This document shows, piece after piece, positions 60,863 through 64,000 of a DNA stretch of 64,000 nt. Both the position numbers and the translations under genes were made by a program. A model generated the notes under the pieces. That model did not search any database and had not been told where the DNA came from. It was given only the letters and a program-made list of their open reading frames with translations. Positions within the stretch are counted from its first letter, which is position 1. The number at the start of each line of letters is the position of its first letter. Location: contig CDROCS010000253.1 of NCBI GenBank assembly GCA_977020255.1, positions 3,286,001 to 3,350,000 of the forward strand. The letters are read 5' to 3'. Source of the DNA: Obrimoposthia wandeli. Its lineage: Eukaryota.

Positions 60863-62671
60863 TCACTTAGTACAAGCTGCAATAGGATGAATCACGGCTT
60901 TGGTGATTTTTCCATATTGAAGCTTAACGAGAGGTTGGTTGATATAGCCATTAAATTTTTGTGACCTCCACTGGGGTAATAAAGCAGGATCTGTCGTTAA
61001 ATTGGCAATAAGTCCTGTGGATTTCTGTGCTTTTACCTTATTTTTACCATAAATATTGTTAGTCGCCGTCTCTGGTGGTAAACCGTTAGCAAAGCTTTTT
61101 TCACGACTCGCGGCTACAATGCAAATTCTATTTTCTGCCGCGCGAGATAATAAGCTATATTCAACCTCGCAAGGCTCTTGAATATCAAAGGGGATCAGCA
61201 ACAAGTGTATACCATTTAAAGTCGCAACCTTGACTATTTCAGCTATGTTAGCATCATCGGCTGTTAGCATAGCAAGGCTAATGTTTCCCTGTTCTAAGGG
61301 CAATTTTATAATATTTAATTCATCACCTAGTTCAGTCCATTGATATCGTTTACAAAAATGTAACTGCTGCTGTGTTGCTAATAAACCATGCTCGCTTATC
61401 AGTACCGCCTGATGTTTTCCCTCAATAATTAAACTAGTGCACAGATATTGAAAAGGTCTCAATGCAGCGCTGACTTGATCAATTAGCTGCTTGCTTAAAT
61501 ATGCTATCTGGTTTCGTTGTTCTGTATCATTAGTGATTGTTTTATCGGCGATAAAGAATAATTCAGGTAATTGAATAATGTCAGTGAGGTTATTTTCAAT
61601 GTACTGACAAACATCTTCAATCGCTTGCTCGTTAGACTTATAGGTTGCAAATATTGCCACATTAGTTGTTACTGGAACCTTATTAGCATTCACTTGTGCA
61701 AGCGGTGGTGCTTGTTTTATCGCTGCTGTTAGTACTTGATAAAGTTCAGGACGTAGCTGTTTAATAAGCTGCGTGCCATCAGGGCGGTATTTGTTGTTTA
61801 GTCCAACCCCTGTTCCTGTTTCAGCTAAGTCTATATCAGCAAAAATAAACCCTTCTTTATTGTTAGTAAGCTTTGCTAACACCTTGCCATCGGGAGAGAC
61901 TATTTGGCTTTGCCCCGTGCCAATGCTGGTACTAACAAGCTCTTCTTGTTCTTGCGTCGTATCTTGCGGTATTAATAAACCCACTTTATTTGCCGTCGCT
62001 AAAAAAACGTTATTTTCGAACGCTCGAGCAGGATCATGTAAGTGGCTTTGATCTATTGCGAATGAACTAATGGAGTTACACAGTAATTGCGCACCACTTA
62101 AGGCTAATCCTTGTGACGTCTCAAAGGTCATGCTGTCGTTACCTGCTAACAGTCCAACTTTTCCAAAGGATGTTGCTACTACCTCAGAGACTTTACTCGC
62201 GGGAATGAAAAAATAATTTTCTTGCGCGGATAAGGTTTGTTTGTCCGTTTGGTTAATAAGCTTGCCAAGAGGGGAAAATACGCACGAGGTGACACTAATG
62301 TTTGATTTAACATTTGAGGTATTACTTGAATTAATCGCGCCGTCTTGATTATTGCTCAAAACGTCGCGCAAAAGGTCACGTCGTAAAGTGACGTTGATGA
62401 CAATGTAACAGTCATGTTTTATTGCTTGCTCCGCTATAGCTTGTAAAAAAGGTCCTTCAAGGGCTAAGGCTTGATCCCATGCCTGATTATGATTGGCATA
62501 ACAAGGCTGAGTATTACTAAACGGTGTATTAGAAAAAAGAGTATTACAAAATTCAGGCAGCACGATTAACGATGGCTCGCATACTGCGGCCTCATTTATC
62601 ATACGAATGCAGCTTGCTAGATTTTCTTGAGAATTTGATGAGGTGGCAAACTGAGAAACGGCTACTCGCAT
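60863..62671 (-). CDS. Tandem two-domain carbon-nitrogen hydrolase (nitrilase fold), nucleophile Cys apparently absent
   Basis: Domain 1: LPEFCN…DKQ…GLLAGND…RAFENNVFLATAN. Domain 2: LPELF…AMLTADD…RAAENRICIV. Confidence 0.85.
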   Translation of the reverse strand: MRVAVSQFATSSNSQENLASCIRMINEAAVCEPSLIVLPEFCNTLFSNTPFSNTQPCYANHNQAWDQALALEGPFLQAIAEQAIKHDCYIVINVTLRRDLLRDVLSNNQDGAINSSNTSNVKSNISVTSCVFSPLGKLINQTDKQTLSAQENYFFIPASKVSEVVATSFGKVGLLAGNDSMTFETSQGLALSGAQLLCNSISSFAIDQSHLHDPARAFENNVFLATANKVGLLIPQDTTQEQEELVSTSIGTGQSQIVSPDGKVLAKLTNNKEGFIFADIDLAETGTGVGLNNKYRPDGTQLIKQLRPELYQVLTAAIKQAPPLAQVNANKVPVTTNVAIFATYKSNEQAIEDVCQYIENNLTDIIQLPELFFIADKTITNDTEQRNQIAYLSKQLIDQVSAALRPFQYLCTSLIIEGKHQAVLISEHGLLATQQQLHFCKRYQWTELGDELNIIKLPLEQGNISLAMLTADDANIAEIVKVATLNGIHLLLIPFDIQEPCEVEYSLLSRAAENRICIVAASREKSFANGLPPETATNNIYGKNKVKAQKSTGLIANLTTDPALLPQWRSQKFNGYINQPLVKLQYGKITKAVIHPIAACTK

Positions 62672-62977
62672 GATTTATATTTTCCAGGTAACTTATGATT
62701 GTTTGAACTTAGCAATGTGAACGCATGGCTATTATTGACGGGATTTTACCTTAAAAATCTATAGGGGAGGCTATTTTAATGGATTATTACGGTTATTTAA
62801 AACACCTCTGCATAAAAATTGTTTATAAACAATGCATTAACTAAATTTGTAGACAGGCTACAGTGTAGTTTTACTCGGTTGGTAACGGGTATACAGACTA
62901 CTCAGCTATATAATTTTTAGTAGCACAGCCTCTGGTTTACATTTCATACCCTTTTTATATTAATTAAGATAAACCTT

Positions 62978-63014
62978 GCAAAACATAATGAGAATGATTA
63001 TCATTATGTTTTGC
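62978..63014. promoter_or_regulatory. Double overlapping Fur box within a perfect 14-bp inverted repeat
   Basis: CATAATGAGAATGATTATC (62984-63002) and GAGAATGATTATCATTATG (62990-63008) each match GATAATGATAATCATTATC at 16/19. The arms are GCAAAACATAATGA and TCATTATGTTTTGC. Confidence 0.85.
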
Positions 63015-63035
63015 TGGATTTATTTAAGGATATAC

Positions 63036-63420
63036 ATGAAAAATAGACTCGTTACTTTTCTCCCTACAGATGCTTTTCACAATGGTTCAGATATAAGTTT
63101 TGCTATGGTGATGAACAAAGAACGCGTCAGCGCATATATACCCAAGCCACTTGAAGGTGCAGGTTTCAGCTGGAATTAGAAACGCTTTTAGGCAAGGCAT
63201 TGATTGAAGAGAATAGTTATTCTATTGTCGAAATCAATAACGTAGCATAAAGCGTTTCTAAACCAGCCCTATGGGGACCCCTGAGCAGTTTATGCTCTTC
63301 GTTGCCTCGTTTTTTAAGGGAATAACCCTTAATAAAATGAGGCGCCTTGATCATAAATCGCTCAGTGGTCCTGAAATACGCAGCTTCAAGTGGCTTGGGT
63401 ATATGTCACAAATGAAGTAA
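63036..63420 (+). pseudogene. Small ORF interrupted by a MITE; reconstructs to 39 aa
   Basis: AAGGA-N5-ATG 63036. Removing the MITE and one TA gives MKNRLVTFLPTDAFHNGSDISFAMVMNKERVSAYMSQMK*, with the stop at 63418-63420 abutting the next gene's RBS. Confidence 0.6.
63136..63404. mobile_element. Non-autonomous MITE-like element (269 bp including the duplicated TA/ATAT target)
   Basis: Perfect 21-bp terminal inverted repeats ATATACCCAAGCCACTTGAAG / CTTCAAGTGGCTTGGGTATAT. Internal stem-loops (for example 63180-63188 with 63249-63257). No transposase. Confidence 0.88.
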
Positions 63421-63431
63421 GGGAGAGCGGT

Positions 63432-63866
63432 ATGGAACATTCTCAATGGCAATCATTGTTGAAGCACGGTAACTATTACTTTGATAATTTTCAGCTAGAT
63501 CAAGCAGAGACTTTCTATTTAGAGGCTTATTATTTACTAAGTACAGCGCGTGGGCATGATCCACTATCGTCAGAGGTTTTAATGGCCTGGGTATGTACTT
63601 GTCATAACTTAACGTCATTGTATGAAAAATTTGGCGACTTAGAGCTGTCGCTAGAATATTTACTGATCCCGCATGAATATTTACTGAGCGTATCTGAAGC
63701 TAATTATTTAAATGACGATATTAAATTGACAGCTTTTAAAGCGATAAGCATAACGCTACCAGCCATTTTATCATTCACTAAAAATCACTCTACTTGTGAT
63801 GGATGTCAGTCACAGCTCCCGTTATTACAAAAAATGATGGTACAAGAGGCAAGCACTATTCACTAA
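63432..63866 (+). CDS. Helical TPR-like hypothetical protein (DUF2753-like); start ATG 63432 rather than 63390
   Basis: RBS GGGAG precedes ATG 63432. WQSLLKHGNYYF…AWVCTCHNL…LEYLLIPH. The ORF-track start at 63390 lies inside the MITE. Confidence 0.75.
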   Translation: MEHSQWQSLLKHGNYYFDNFQLDQAETFYLEAYYLLSTARGHDPLSSEVLMAWVCTCHNLTSLYEKFGDLELSLEYLLIPHEYLLSVSEANYLNDDIKLTAFKAISITLPAILSFTKNHSTCDGCQSQLPLLQKMMVQEASTIH

Positions 63867-64000
63867 TGAACAGTGCTTACTACATCTTCATCATACAGTT
63901 TTTTTAGTAGATAATTTCTGATTAACAAGATAAAAAACAACTAAATGTAGGTGGAGTCACAATGACATTTAAGAGGAAGCGAATAACCCAATGAACCTAT

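Noticed and set aside
63390-63431. ORF-track N-terminal extension of the last full gene
   Set aside because: It starts inside the MITE terminal repeat, and the RBS supports ATG 63432.

Overview
AT-rich marine gammaproteobacterial chromosome segment. It looks Colwellia/Alteromonadales-like, which is my inference from gene content and repeat style. I saw no rRNA, tRNA, CRISPR array or intact transposase. Gene order: a catalase cut by the window edge; a secreted SLT-like muramidase; a lysE/lysR deletion scar; the pdsS-pdsR/pdsO module with no sortase or sortase target in the window; two LysR-controlled electrophile-detoxification cassettes (DJ-1, YqhD, CurA, two Old Yellow Enzymes, a CmcJ/NvfI-type oxygenase); an orphan low-GC ORF; a PLD lipoprotein; divergent SulP and TauE transporters; TetR/fadH; a 644-aa unknown protein behind a sigma28 promoter; a DUF318 permease with ArsR followed by a helicase IV-nuclease-zinc-ribbon fusion; a non-canonical hflX; a LuxR-linked guanidino/amine catabolic cluster; three c-di-GMP enzymes; ptrB, a GNAT and trmK; an AraC-linked acyl-CoA operon; a tandem nitrilase-fold protein lacking the catalytic Cys; and a Fur-boxed operon whose first small ORF is split by a 269-bp MITE. 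Best leads: (1) a shared 7-2-7 motif in front of three amine-catabolic units, suggesting an oxidative agmatine pathway; (2) the Fur-controlled 39-aa sORF that can be reconstructed by removing the MITE; (3) the FliA-type promoter on the DUF5610-like protein; (4) the ArsR-coupled helicase-nuclease; (5) a SulP gene with no canonical start codon. All family assignments come from motif recognition by eye, not from database searches.
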